Shown here: one piece after another, positions 1-10,284 of the stretch
How positions within the stretch are numbered: position 1 is the first letter of the stretch
Layout: each line of letters starts with the position of its first letter
NCBI GenBank assembly: GCA_016930075.1
Contig: JAFGHS010000042.1
Coordinates: 30,641-94,640, forward strand
Direction: 5' to 3'
Source of the DNA: Deltaproteobacteria bacterium
Lineage (GTDB): Bacteria; Desulfobacterota; Syntrophia; Syntrophales; JAFGHS01
Length of the DNA stretch: 64,000 nt
Made by a program: the position numbers and the translations under genes
The notes under the pieces: model-generated
The model's input: the letters and a program-made list of their open reading frames with translations, nothing else
The model's database searches: none
What the model was told of the DNA's origin: nothing

Positions 1-2
1 GC

Positions 3-1370
3 GTTGCATCCCTCCAGGCCGTGACTATCGGCGGGACCGATGAAAAAGGCCGGGACGTCACCAACGATCTGACTTACCTGGCCCTCGAGGCGGCCAAACA
101 ACTGCAATTGATCGAGCCCAGCATCGTCCTGCGTCTCCATGCAAAGACGCCGGACAAGGTTTACGACAGTGCTGTGGACGTCATCAAAACGGGCGTCGGC
201 TATCCGTCTCTGTTCAACGATGAAGCCCTGATCCCGCTGTATAAGCGTTGGGGCGTGCCGGAAAAAGACGCCAAAAACTATGCCGTCACGGGCTGCGTCT
301 ATATCGAAATCCCCGGCAAAAACGTCATGCGCCGGTCTGTGGGCTATTTCGTGCTGCCCAAATGCCTCTGGTGGGCCCTGCATCAGGGCGTCGATCCCAA
401 AACGGGCGAGCAGCGCGGCGCGCGCACGAAAGACCCGGCGACGTTCAAATCCTGGAAGGATCTCCTCAAAGCCTATGAAGAGCAGGTCCGGTTTTTCACA
501 AACAAGATGGAACAGCTGGAGCGGATCAACCTGGAGCTTTATGAGAAGTATTGCCCCCGCCCCTTCTACTCCGCCGTTGTCGAGGGCTGCATCGAAAAAG
601 GGAAGGACGCACGGAAATGGGTGTATCCCTCCATGCTCCATCATTTCACCCAGGTCATCGGCGGCACGAATGTCGCCGACGCCATCACGGCGGTCCGGAA
701 AGTCGTCTTCGACGACAAGCTCCTGACCCTGCCCGAACTGATCAAGATCATGGACAAGAACTGGGCGGGCCGCGAGGACATCCGGCAGGCCTGCCTGAAC
801 GCCCCCAAATTCGGCAACGACGACAACTACGCCGATCTCATTGCCCGTGACGTGCACAGCCGCGGTGAGGCGGCCATGGAAACGGTGAAAGACCGGTACG
901 GTTTTTCCAACCGCGGCGACGGAAGCGCCGTGTCCGCCACCTACGGCCTGGCCATCGATACGCCGGCAACCCCGGAAGGTCGTCTGGACGGCGAGCCCTT
1001 CGCCGATTCGACCCTGGCGCCCCTGCCGGGCAAAGACAGGAAAGGCCCTACGGCGGTGCTCAATTCCTGCGCCAAGATTTCGACGGTGGATACCTACAAT
1101 CACCTGCTGAACCAGAAGTTTCTGCCGAAGTTCCTGGATGACGACCTGAAGCCCGTCTTCATCAGTTATCTCAAGACCTGGAAGGATATGGGAGTGCCCC
1201 ACATCCAGTTTAACGTGGTCGATAAGAATAAGCTGGTCGCCGCCCAGACCTATCCGCAAAAATACGCCGATATGATTGTCCGCGTTGCCGGCTTCAGCGC
1301 CTACTTTGTCGATCTGTCCCGGGGTCTGCAAGATCACATCATCGCCAGGACGGAGCAGAGTTTAAAGTAG
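3..1370 (+). CDS. Glycyl radical enzyme (PFL2/GRE family), 5'-truncated by window edge
   Basis: Frame open from base 3 (LQAVTIGG). Cys loop GCVY, FGNDD motif, HIQFNVV and C-terminal glycyl-radical motif VRVAGFSAYF. Followed directly by an activase. Confidence 0.93.
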   Translation, partial: VASLQAVTIGGTDEKGRDVTNDLTYLALEAAKQLQLIEPSIVLRLHAKTPDKVYDSAVDVIKTGVGYPSLFNDEALIPLYKRWGVPEKDAKNYAVTGCVYIEIPGKNVMRRSVGYFVLPKCLWWALHQGVDPKTGEQRGARTKDPATFKSWKDLLKAYEEQVRFFTNKMEQLERINLELYEKYCPRPFYSAVVEGCIEKGKDARKWVYPSMLHHFTQVIGGTNVADAITAVRKVVFDDKLLTLPELIKIMDKNWAGREDIRQACLNAPKFGNDDNYADLIARDVHSRGEAAMETVKDRYGFSNRGDGSAVSATYGLAIDTPATPEGRLDGEPFADSTLAPLPGKDRKGPTAVLNSCAKISTVDTYNHLLNQKFLPKFLDDDLKPVFISYLKTWKDMGVPHIQFNVVDKNKLVAAQTYPQKYADMIVRVAGFSAYFVDLSRGLQDHIIARTEQSLK

Positions 1371-1372
1371 CC

Positions 1373-2275
1373 ATGGAAACCGGCGTCGTTTTCAATATCC
1401 AGCGTTTCAGCGTCCACGACGGGCCGGGCATCCGAACCACCGTCTTCATGAAGGGCTGCCCGCTTAGCTGCCTGTGGTGCTCCAATCCGGAATCGCAGGA
1501 TTTTGCCCCCGTACTTCTGGCAAGGGATATTCTCTGCCAGGGATGCGGCGCCTGCGTCAAGGCCTGCCCCCAGGGGGCCGTCACCCTGACGCGGAAGTCG
1601 GGACGGACTATTGACCGCCGGAAGTGCGACAACTGTTTTCAATGCGTTGCCGCCTGTCTCTATCAGTCTTTGACGATCTGCGGTCAAACAATGACCGTGC
1701 AAGAGGTTATGGATGAGGTAGTGCAGGACCGGATGTTTTATAAAAATTCCGGCGGCGGCGTGACGGTTTCGGGCGGCGAGGCTTTGGCGCAGAGCCGGTT
1801 TGTCCTGGCGCTGCTGAAACAATGCCAGAAGGAGGGATTGCATACGGCCCTCGACACATCCGGTTACGCTCCTTGGGAAAAGCTTAAGTCCCTTCTGCCT
1901 TTTGTCGATGTCCTCCTCTATGACCTGAAGCACCTTGACCCGGCGGAGCATAAAAGAACCACCGGCGTGGACAATGCGGTTATTCTTGAAAATCTGGAAA
2001 AGGCCGCAAAGCGTTCAGAAGTCTGGCTCCGTCTGCCGCTCGTGGCCGGCTTTAACGATTCCGTCGGCCACGTCAAAAAGATTGCCCGGTTAGGAAAGTC
2101 ACTGGGCGTGGAGAAGGTCTCTTTTCTCCCTTACCATGAAGGGGGAATCGCTAAAAAAAGGCACTTGGGAAAGACCGGCGATATCTTCATCGCAAAGGCG
2201 CCCGGCGACAAACAGATCCTTAAATTAAAAGACATTGTGGAAAAAGAGGGCATGAAAGTAACGGTCGGCAACTAA
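1373..2275 (+). CDS. Glycyl-radical enzyme activating protein (radical SAM, ferredoxin insert)
   Basis: HDGPGIRTTVFMKGCPLSCLWCSNPES (CxxxCxxC), two CxxCxxCxxxC ferredoxin motifs, GGVTVSGGE. Confidence 0.95.
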   Translation: METGVVFNIQRFSVHDGPGIRTTVFMKGCPLSCLWCSNPESQDFAPVLLARDILCQGCGACVKACPQGAVTLTRKSGRTIDRRKCDNCFQCVAACLYQSLTICGQTMTVQEVMDEVVQDRMFYKNSGGGVTVSGGEALAQSRFVLALLKQCQKEGLHTALDTSGYAPWEKLKSLLPFVDVLLYDLKHLDPAEHKRTTGVDNAVILENLEKAAKRSEVWLRLPLVAGFNDSVGHVKKIARLGKSLGVEKVSFLPYHEGGIAKKRHLGKTGDIFIAKAPGDKQILKLKDIVEKEGMKVTVGN

Positions 2276-2292
2276 TGAAGTAAAGGAGGTTG

Positions 2293-3147
2293 ATGATGGA
2301 CATTCAAAACGTTTGCGTTTTAGGCGCCGGGTTGATGGGCAACGGCATAGCCCAGATATGTGCCCAGGCAGGTTATCAGGTTGCATTGCGCGATATTGAA
2401 CAGCGATTTATCGATGGCGGCATGAATACCATAAAGAAGAATCTGGGGCGGGATGTGGAGAAGGGGAAACGCACCCAGGAGGAAATGAAAGCCGTCCTGG
2501 GGCGGATCAAACCGACCCTTGATCTTGCGGAGGCTGCCGGCAATGCCGACATCGTTGTCGAAGTGGTTATTGAGGTCATGGACGTCAAGAAAAAGGTTTA
2601 TGGGGAGTTGGAAACGATTGTGCCGGCCCACTGCCTGTTTTTTACCAACACCTCCGGCCTCAGCATCACGGAAATGGCGGCCATCACGAAACGCCCGGAG
2701 CGGTTTATCGGGACGCATTTTTTCAATCCCGTGCCGGTGATGCGTCTGCTTGAGATCATCAGGGGCTACGAGACCTCCGACGAGACCCTTGCCATCGCCT
2801 CCGAATGGGGCAAAAAAATCGGCAAGGACGTCATTGTCGTCAAGGAAGCCCCCGCCTTTGCCGTCAACCGGGTCCTCTGCACGATGATCAACGAGGCGTT
2901 TTACGCCCTCGATGAAGGGATTGCCAGTGCGGAAGACATCGACAAGGGCATGGTCCTGGGCTGCAATCATCCCATGGGGCCCCTGGCCCTGGCCGATCTG
3001 GTGGGGAACGACACCCTGCTGCACGTCATCGAAGGGATGCACCGGGAACTGGGCGACAAGTATCGGCCTGCGCCGATCTTACAGAAACTCGTGCGGGCGG
3101 GACGCTTCGGCAGGAAAACGGGCAAAGGCGTCTACGATTACACATAG
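2293..3147 (+). CDS. hbd: 3-hydroxybutyryl-CoA / 3-hydroxyacyl-CoA dehydrogenase
   Basis: [11 protein letters not shown] Rossmann motif, [39 protein letters not shown] upstream. Confidence 0.92.
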   Translation: MMDIQNVCVLGAGLMGNGIAQICAQAGYQVALRDIEQRFIDGGMNTIKKNLGRDVEKGKRTQEEMKAVLGRIKPTLDLAEAAGNADIVVEVVIEVMDVKKKVYGELETIVPAHCLFFTNTSGLSITEMAAITKRPERFIGTHFFNPVPVMRLLEIIRGYETSDETLAIASEWGKKIGKDVIVVKEAPAFAVNRVLCTMINEAFYALDEGIASAEDIDKGMVLGCNHPMGPLALADLVGNDTLLHVIEGMHRELGDKYRPAPILQKLVRAGRFGRKTGKGVYDYT

Positions 3148-3153
3148 GACAAA

Positions 3154-3191
3154 CAGGGGCCGGGTCTTCGCTTTTGAAGAACCGGCCCCTG
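3154..3191. terminator. Stem-loop between convergent genes (likely intrinsic terminator)
   Basis: caggggccgg-gtcttc / gaagaa-ccggcccctg inverted repeat immediately after the hbd stop, followed by T-rich sequence. Confidence 0.7.
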
Positions 3192-3295
3192 CCGTTTATT
3201 ATCCCTTTTTTTGCAGTTCATTTCCCGGGGGCATGGGAAACCGGGTTTCCGGTGTGAGGCCGATGGCTTGTCCTTTTGCCGGAGATTTACCGACA

Positions 3296-5230
3296 CTATA
3301 ATTTCAAAGCCGCCAGGTAGCCGTCGCGCACAGCTTCCATGATCCCGTGGGGCTCCGCGGCGTCGCCGACACAGACAACCTCCGGTCCTTTTCCGGCCAT
3401 GGCTTTGAACAGGGCGTCGTTCCCGGCAGACCCGACGGCGAGTATGACCGTATCGGCAGGCAATGTTGTCTGCCGCCCGTCGGCCGTCGTGATCTGCACG
3501 CCGTCTCCGGATATTTCACGGCACGTCGCTTCGGTGTACATTGCAACACGTTGTTCCCGGAGACCGTCCAGCAACCGGCGCCTGGCCATGGGGCCCATCT
3601 CGCCCGCCATTCGCTTGAGCATTTCAATAATCACAACGGTCTTGCTTCTCGTGGCCAGCCAGTGCGCCGTATCGCAGCCCACCAGGCCGCCGCCGATAAT
3701 CACGCAATTCTGCCCCGCCGGGGCCTTGCCGGCCAGGACGTCCTGGGCCGTCACAACGTTGGGGGCATCAATGCCGGCGATGGGCGGTTTTACGGGGATG
3801 CCGCCCAGGGCGAGGATGACGGCATCGGGTTTTTCCGCCAGAATAATCTCCGGCGTTGCCTCCGTGTTGAGCCGCGTTTCGACGCCGCCCTTTTCGAGCT
3901 GCGTTGTCTGATAGGCAATCCAGGGGAAAATGTCTTCCTTGTTCGGCGGCATGGCGGCAATCGTCAGCTGGCCGCCCAGTTTGTCGTTCTTCTCGAAGAG
4001 GACGACCCGGTGGCCCCGCAGGGCGGCAACACGCGCCGCCTCCATCCCTGCCGGTCCGCCGCCCACCACGACCACTTTTTTCGTCTCCGGGGCGGGCGTG
4101 ATGCGCCGTTCTTCTTCCCTGCCCGCGGCGGGATTAATCGTGCAAATAACGCCTTCACCCCGGCGGCCGAGGCGTTCGATGCATTCCATGCAGCCGATAC
4201 AGTAATTGATGTCTTCAAGCCTTCCTCCCATGACCTTGTTGGGAAGCTCAGGATCGGCGATGAGGCGCCTGCCGATGGCGATGAGGTCGGCTTTCCCCTC
4301 CCTCAGGACTTTTTCGCCCGTTTCCTGATCGAGCCTCCCGACGGCCATAACCGGTACCGTCGTGACTTTTTTTACGGCTTCCGCCAAAGGGACAAGAAAG
4401 GCCGCTTTGTCCGGCAGGGGCGCTTTGGTGATATGTGAAAAGGCCGCATAAGCGGAAGCGTGAACCGCACAGGCCCCTGCTTTGACGGCCATGGGCACAA
4501 CCTCAAGCGTTTCTTCGATGGTGATGCCGTTTTCGATGCCGTACTCCATAACGTTCAGGCGCGGCCAGATGGGATAATCGGCCCCGGCGGCAGCCTTCAT
4601 GGCCTCCGTGATTTCGACGAGGAACCGGGCCTTGTTCTCCAAGCTGCCGCCGTATTTGTCCTTTCGCTTGTTGGACGAGGAAGACAAAAACGAGGCGACA
4701 AGGTACTGGTGGGCGCCGTGGATTTCCACGCCGTCCACGCCGACGTCTCTGGCCCTCCGCGTTGAGTCGGCGAAACACCGGATGATTTCTTCGATTTCCT
4801 CAACCGTCAGTTCATGGGGGAGTCTGCCGCCGACGCCGATCATCCGGCCCGGCGACGCCACGGCGGAGGGCGATACCTGGACATACTCGCCGTTTTTCAC
4901 TTCATAACCGGCATGATGCAGCTGGACGGCAATCTTCGCGCCGTGCTTGTGCACCGCCTTGACGAGCTTTTCCCAGCCCGGCAGATACTTGTCGTCGCCC
5001 AGTCCCACCTGATTGGGACCCCGGCACCATTCGCCGGGACCGGTCCCTTCCACGATGATGAGTCCCGTTCCGCCTTTTGCCCGGGCTTCGTAATAATCGA
5101 TGATGCGCCGGCCGATGATTCCCGCTTCGGAATAAGCGGTTCCCATGGGCGGCAGGACGATCCGGTTCTTCAGCTGCATTTTTCCGATGTTGATGGGTTG
5201 AAACAGCATTTTATATGGGGTTGTTGTCAT
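3296..5230 (-). CDS. NADH:flavin oxidoreductase, Old Yellow Enzyme family (FadH/BaiCD-like, Fe-S + FAD)
   Basis: LKNRIVLPPM, EIHGAHQYL, NKRKDKYGGSLEN, CIGCMEC cluster motif, VVGGGPAGMEAA. Confidence 0.92.
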   Translation of the reverse strand: MTTTPYKMLFQPINIGKMQLKNRIVLPPMGTAYSEAGIIGRRIIDYYEARAKGGTGLIIVEGTGPGEWCRGPNQVGLGDDKYLPGWEKLVKAVHKHGAKIAVQLHHAGYEVKNGEYVQVSPSAVASPGRMIGVGGRLPHELTVEEIEEIIRCFADSTRRARDVGVDGVEIHGAHQYLVASFLSSSSNKRKDKYGGSLENKARFLVEITEAMKAAAGADYPIWPRLNVMEYGIENGITIEETLEVVPMAVKAGACAVHASAYAAFSHITKAPLPDKAAFLVPLAEAVKKVTTVPVMAVGRLDQETGEKVLREGKADLIAIGRRLIADPELPNKVMGGRLEDINYCIGCMECIERLGRRGEGVICTINPAAGREEERRITPAPETKKVVVVGGGPAGMEAARVAALRGHRVVLFEKNDKLGGQLTIAAMPPNKEDIFPWIAYQTTQLEKGGVETRLNTEATPEIILAEKPDAVILALGGIPVKPPIAGIDAPNVVTAQDVLAGKAPAGQNCVIIGGGLVGCDTAHWLATRSKTVVIIEMLKRMAGEMGPMARRRLLDGLREQRVAMYTEATCREISGDGVQITTADGRQTTLPADTVILAVGSAGNDALFKAMAGKGPEVVCVGDAAEPHGIMEAVRDGYLAALKL

Positions 5231-5243
5231 GAGGGCCTCCTGA

Positions 5244-6131
5244 TTAACGTTTTAAATCGCTTAAATACTCGATGAGAATGCGGTTCACCTCGTCGGGCCG
5301 CTCCATCTGCGTCCAGTGGCCGCAGTTGCCGATGAGGCGTTTTGTCAGATTTGTGCAATGGCGCTCCATGCCGTCCATCATGCCCGGCAGCAGGATGGGA
5401 TCGTTTTCCGCGCCGATCATGAGGGCGGGCATGGTTACTTTCGCGTCCGTCAGGTGGGCCGTGATCTCCCAGTTGCGGTCCGCGTTGCGGTAATAGTTGA
5501 TGGGCCCCGTGAATCCGCCCTTTTTGTAAGCATCGTAATAAACCTTCATGGTCTCGTCCGTCATGAAGCTTGTGTCTTTGGCAATGTTGCGCATGGTCGA
5601 TTTGAGCCACCTTTCGACATTGGGCTCGATCTCCGACTCCGCAAGGCCCGGTTCCTGAAAATGGAGGACATAATTAAACCGGCCGTCGCCTAACTTCTTA
5701 TAGGCGTCCGTCGGCCTTGTCTGCCCCCGGCCATGAAAAGGGGTATTGAGAGAAATGACCCGTTCCACCCTTTGAGGCGCCAGCAGGGCCATCTGCCAGA
5801 CAATGACGCCGCCCCAGTCGTGGCCGACGATGACGGCCTTTTTTTCGCCCAGGGCGTCAAGGAGGCCCGTCATGTCCGCAACGAGATGATAAATGTCGTA
5901 AAGCTCGATGCCGACGGGCTTGTCCGTGTCTCCATAACCGCGCAGGTCGGGGGCGATAGCGTGGAATCCCGCGGCGGCGAGAGCGGGAATCTGATGGCGC
6001 CAGGAGTACCACAATTCCGGGAACCCGTGCAGGAAAATGACAGGAAATCCCTCACCCTGCTCGGCATAGTGCATTCGAATTCCGTTTGTCTGGGCAAACC
6101 GATGTGTCCATGTTTCTTCCATAATATTCAT
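5244..6131 (-). CDS. Alpha/beta hydrolase, epoxide hydrolase family
   Basis: HGFPE oxyanion motif, GHDWG Asp nucleophile, NYYR tyrosine, GHWTQME catalytic His. Confidence 0.9.
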   Translation of the reverse strand: MNIMEETWTHRFAQTNGIRMHYAEQGEGFPVIFLHGFPELWYSWRHQIPALAAAGFHAIAPDLRGYGDTDKPVGIELYDIYHLVADMTGLLDALGEKKAVIVGHDWGGVIVWQMALLAPQRVERVISLNTPFHGRGQTRPTDAYKKLGDGRFNYVLHFQEPGLAESEIEPNVERWLKSTMRNIAKDTSFMTDETMKVYYDAYKKGGFTGPINYYRNADRNWEITAHLTDAKVTMPALMIGAENDPILLPGMMDGMERHCTNLTKRLIGNCGHWTQMERPDEVNRILIEYLSDLKR

Positions 6132-6198
6132 CCTTTATTTTAAGTAAGGTTTACAACCACTAAATCACAAAAAGCTCAGCATGACAGGCATGTACAAG

Positions 6199-6331
6199 AA
6201 GACCTTTGAAAAACGCCTCTTTTGTCATGACGACCGAAGCGAAGCAATCTCATCAGTATCCAATAATTGGAGAGATTGCCACGGCGCTATGCGCCTCACC
6301 ATGACAGGAAAAACGGAAATTCAAAGTTCTC
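6199..6331 (+). repeat. Palindromic REP/MITE-like intergenic element, copy A
   Basis: Outer IR gacctttgaa/ttcaaagttc, inner tgtcat...atgaca and gcaatctc/gagattgc. Close match to the reverse complement of 63475-63607. Confidence 0.85.
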
Positions 6332-6377
6332 ACACGGTCACCTGCCGGATTCCTTGATCTCTGCCCCTCCCAGCCGG

Positions 6378-9134
6378 CTATTTCTTCTTTTCCAAATCCT
6401 GGAGAATCTTTTCAACAAGTTTCATTTCTTCTCCGTAGTTGCCCCACTTGCCCTGGCGCAGGGCTTCCTGGGCTTTGCGGTAATGTGAGAGGGCCTCGAC
6501 GGCCAGCTGCCGATCCGAGATGATCTTCTCCGCTACCGGGGGAGGCGCGCCGACTCCCACCGGTTCCTTGGATTTTATGAGGGTCCCGCCGAATATGCGC
6601 TGCAGCGAAAGTTCCAGGTTATCCTCCATGGCGATGTTGTTTGCAAAAGCCACGATGACCCGCTTCAATTCCGGAAGCTGCCCTTTCTCCGCCGCCAGGT
6701 AGAGGGGCTCTACGTAGAGAATCGATTTTTCGATGGGGATGGCCAGCAGACTTCCCCGGATGACCTGGGAACCGCTCTGGTTCCAGAGAGAAATCTGCTT
6801 GGAAATTTCCGTGTCCTGGTCGATGCGGGCCTCGATCTGCCGCGGCCCATAAATCAGCTTCTGCTTGGGGAATTTGTAAACAATGACCTTCCCGTAGTTG
6901 GGCGCGTCGCAGCGGGCGCCCATCCAGGCTGACATGTTGTCTTTGTTGCGCGGCGTGAAGGGAAGCAGGAGAATGAATTCCTCTTTCTTTTCCTCGGGCA
7001 GCCTCATGATGGTGTAGTAAGGCTCCATTTCCCTTTCGGAGCCCGCTACGGCTTTCATGGGAATCGACCACAAGTCTTCCTTATTGTAGAAAACCTGCGG
7101 GTCCTGCATATGATAAGCCCGGTACATGCGCGCCTGAATCGCCATCAGCCCTGCCGGATAGCGAATGTGGCTCATAAGCTCCGGCGGCATTTGATCGAGG
7201 TTCTTAAACACGCCGGGATAAATCTTGGCGTATGTTTTCATGATCGGATCGTCGGCGTCGCTGATGTAGAGCTGCACCGTGCCGTCATAGGCGTCAACGA
7301 CGGCCTTCAGGGAGTTGCGGATGTAATTGCCCATTTTTGGAACCGGTTCGGAATAGGGGAAGCGATCCGTAACCGTATAACCGTCCACAAACCACAGGAG
7401 CCTGCCTTCCGGCGAAATAACGAGGTACGCATCGCTGTCGAGGCGCGCAAAAGGCGCGATCTGTGCGACGCGCTCCTTGATCGTCCGGTAATACATCACC
7501 CGGCTTTCTTTGGTGATGTCGTCGGAAAGCAGGATGGTAAAAGCGCCGAACCGGGCGGCGTAAAGGACTTTCCGGAAAAAGGAAAGAGGCACGCCGCCTT
7601 TGCCCTCATAACGGGCATAGACGTTCTTATCCCCCACGGGATAATCGAATTCGGGACGCTTGGTCTTGACGAAGACATAATCATTGGAGGTCTCGTCGTA
7701 ATAGATCTCCGGGCGGGTGATTTTGATTTCCGTCGAAGAGACGGGCGGAATATCCTTGATGAAGAATTCAGGCAATCCTTCGGGCGATATGCGGTTCACC
7801 GGCCCCATGACGGCGCCGTAGCCGTGGGTGTAATTGAGGTGTTCGTTTACCCAGGACCGCGAGGGAAGGGCAGCGTAGGAGAGCTCGCGCGGCGAGAGCA
7901 TGACCTGGCGGTATTCCCCGCCGATGGTGTAGCGGTCGTTGTCCACATCGACGAATTTATAATAGGTGCGGATTTCCTGGAGCTGACTGTACGTCATGAG
8001 CAGCGGTGAATGATCCCAGAGGCGGATGTTTTTTATCGTCGGATCGTTCCGGCGGATGTCTTCGATGGTAAGGTTGTCTTCCGCGGGGAATTCTTTATCT
8101 TCGATATCGTGGAGTTTATAGGCGATCCTCGAATATTTGATGTTCTGTTCGAGATACGGCTTTTCCGCCACGATCTCATTGGGGATGACCTTGAACCGCT
8201 GGACAAAGGCGGGATACATGCCCCGGCCGACGACTACGACGGCGACAAATATCAGAACCGCCGCTACGGGAATCCGCCAGTTTTTCATGAATATAAAGGA
8301 CAGGACGGCGAGGCCCGTCAGGGCGGACAGTCCCATTAAAACCTTGAGGATCCAGACCTGCGTCGTTACCTCCGTATATCCGGGACCGAATACGACCCCC
8401 CGCTTGGTAAAGAGGAGTTCGTTTAGATCGAGCCAGTAGCCGTAAATCATTAAAAAGAAGACGATCGCCAGGAGAATCAACAGGTGCGCCTTGGCGGCCG
8501 GCGCAAAATAGACGGTCTTCGGCGGTATGAAAATGAAGGACCGGCGGAGAAAATAAATCAGCCCGGCGGCCACGGCGCTGATGACGACGGTCGTTATCAG
8601 CCATGTGTAGGCATAGGACAAAAAAGGAAGCTCAAATACATAAAAGCCGATGTCTTTTCCCAGGAGGGGATCGGTTAAGCCGAAAGGCGTCGCATGGGTG
8701 AGACGCAGAAGCTCCTCCCAGTGAGCCGCGCCCTGTATGGCTGAAAAAAACCCAAAGACGATGGTGCTCGACAAAATGAGATGGTTCAGGGCATGTTTGT
8801 CGATTTCCGGTGTGGGAATGGGGATGCCGCCCCCCAGATCAATGGGGCGCTGACGGGCGGACAAGCGGCCCGCCAGGTAGATATTCCCGAAAAAGATGAC
8901 CATAAAGCCGATGCCGAACAACAGGGCCGTCTTGATTTTGGCTATGAGGCTCACGGAAAAGACCGTTTCATAGCCGACCTCCTGAAACCAGTACCAGTCC
9001 GTAATCAGGCTGACGATCTGCCACGAAAAAAGCATGACAACAAAGGCGGCGATGAAGATCACGATGCCTTTCCCGCCCTGCATCGGCGGTCCGGCCGGTT
9101 CCTCCGGTTTTTTAAATATAACGGTTGGGCTCAT
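6378..9134 (-). CDS. UPF0182 family membrane protein
   Basis: 918 aa, N-terminal TM helices, TDWYWF..VGY, NIRLWD, YTHGYG, NYIRNS, GSLLAIP..SILYVEPLY. Confidence 0.92.
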   Translation of the reverse strand: MSPTVIFKKPEEPAGPPMQGGKGIVIFIAAFVVMLFSWQIVSLITDWYWFQEVGYETVFSVSLIAKIKTALLFGIGFMVIFFGNIYLAGRLSARQRPIDLGGGIPIPTPEIDKHALNHLILSSTIVFGFFSAIQGAAHWEELLRLTHATPFGLTDPLLGKDIGFYVFELPFLSYAYTWLITTVVISAVAAGLIYFLRRSFIFIPPKTVYFAPAAKAHLLILLAIVFFLMIYGYWLDLNELLFTKRGVVFGPGYTEVTTQVWILKVLMGLSALTGLAVLSFIFMKNWRIPVAAVLIFVAVVVVGRGMYPAFVQRFKVIPNEIVAEKPYLEQNIKYSRIAYKLHDIEDKEFPAEDNLTIEDIRRNDPTIKNIRLWDHSPLLMTYSQLQEIRTYYKFVDVDNDRYTIGGEYRQVMLSPRELSYAALPSRSWVNEHLNYTHGYGAVMGPVNRISPEGLPEFFIKDIPPVSSTEIKITRPEIYYDETSNDYVFVKTKRPEFDYPVGDKNVYARYEGKGGVPLSFFRKVLYAARFGAFTILLSDDITKESRVMYYRTIKERVAQIAPFARLDSDAYLVISPEGRLLWFVDGYTVTDRFPYSEPVPKMGNYIRNSLKAVVDAYDGTVQLYISDADDPIMKTYAKIYPGVFKNLDQMPPELMSHIRYPAGLMAIQARMYRAYHMQDPQVFYNKEDLWSIPMKAVAGSEREMEPYYTIMRLPEEKKEEFILLLPFTPRNKDNMSAWMGARCDAPNYGKVIVYKFPKQKLIYGPRQIEARIDQDTEISKQISLWNQSGSQVIRGSLLAIPIEKSILYVEPLYLAAEKGQLPELKRVIVAFANNIAMEDNLELSLQRIFGGTLIKSKEPVGVGAPPPVAEKIISDRQLAVEALSHYRKAQEALRQGKWGNYGEEMKLVEKILQDLEKKK

Positions 9135-9162
9135 TTTCTGCTCCTTTGTTCATTTTTTTGAA

Positions 9163-9191
9163 AATATAGGTTACCTCGTTTGATGTGTCAA
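9163..9191 (-). promoter_or_regulatory. Sigma70-type promoter for UPF0182 gene
   Basis: TTGACA-17 bp-TATATT on the minus strand just upstream of the start codon. Confidence 0.6.
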
Positions 9192-9243
9192 GTTAATATG
9201 GCCAAACCGTATTACGGCGGACGGCGCGGAAAACCTTTTGAGT

Positions 9244-10263
9244 TTACCAATCCTTCAATATGACGCCCACGCCGATCCGGTTTGCATAGTGATTGTAGTC
9301 GATGAGGCTTTCGCCGTATCCGGCAAAATACTGCACGTAGGCGTTCAGGTGTTCTATGAGAGGGAAACTCACTTCAAACAACATGGCGCCGCGGTTGCGG
9401 GAGCGAAAGTTGTTCCGGAACATCATGTTCAGATGGTAGTCCCGCCAGATGGCGCCCAGCCAGAGTTCGCCGTATCCGAGGAAGGATGTGATTTTTGGAT
9501 TGTCGTCATGCTCGGCGCTTTCGGGGACGCGCCCCCAGGTCCTAAGAACGATATTGAACATGTCCCGTTCAAAGCCGAAGTTGGCCACCACGCGGTTCCA
9601 GCTCCGGGAGAGGGGTTCACTGCGGCCGTTGGACTGATGATTGAAGCCAAGCTGAATGAACCGGCTTCTGACGAGGCCGAAGATGTCCTGATTCATCCGG
9701 TAATTGAAAAGGATTTCCGGTTCATAATTTGTTTCCCGGAAGGGCGAAGAGGCTTCGGTGTTGTAAAACTGCCAGAGGGAAAGCTGGGTGTAGGCCGCCC
9801 AGAGGTCCAGGTTTGTGCCGAAAATGCTTTCCCAGAGTTTGATCTTGAAGCTAAGCTGGAAGGTTGTCTCGGCGTTCTGGACATTGATGTCCGGATTTGC
9901 CGCCTTAAAGGTTTCTTTATCCTGGTTGAAGTTGTAGGTAAAAGGCAGAATGTAGATTTGCCGATGGGACATGATGGCGAAGCGGCGTCTGCGGCTCTCA
10001 TCATCGAGTTGCCATTTGCCGGACAGGTAGCTGGGTTTCTTGCGTTCTGCCCCTTCGGAGGGCTGTTCTGTCTGAGTCACAGCCGGGATTGTCGGTTTTC
10101 TGCCGGCTATCTCGTCATAGCAGTTAAGACGCGCGGCATCATCATCGATCCTGCGGCAGTCCTCAAGATTTAAAGATTTTTCGGCGCGGGCTTGATCGTT
10201 TGGCATCCCGAAGATGAAGATACAGGCAAACAGCACGACAACGAACAGCAAATGACGAGTCAT
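9244..10263 (-). CDS. pldA: Outer membrane phospholipase A (OMPLA)
   Basis: Signal peptide; YTQ.S.WQ, SSPFRETNYEPE, HQSNG...SRSWNR active-site motif, GYGESLIDYN. Confidence 0.93.
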   Translation of the reverse strand: MTRHLLFVVVLFACIFIFGMPNDQARAEKSLNLEDCRRIDDDAARLNCYDEIAGRKPTIPAVTQTEQPSEGAERKKPSYLSGKWQLDDESRRRRFAIMSHRQIYILPFTYNFNQDKETFKAANPDINVQNAETTFQLSFKIKLWESIFGTNLDLWAAYTQLSLWQFYNTEASSPFRETNYEPEILFNYRMNQDIFGLVRSRFIQLGFNHQSNGRSEPLSRSWNRVVANFGFERDMFNIVLRTWGRVPESAEHDDNPKITSFLGYGELWLGAIWRDYHLNMMFRNNFRSRNRGAMLFEVSFPLIEHLNAYVQYFAGYGESLIDYNHYANRIGVGVILKDW

Positions 10264-10284
10264 GATTTTCCTTAAAAAAATTAT

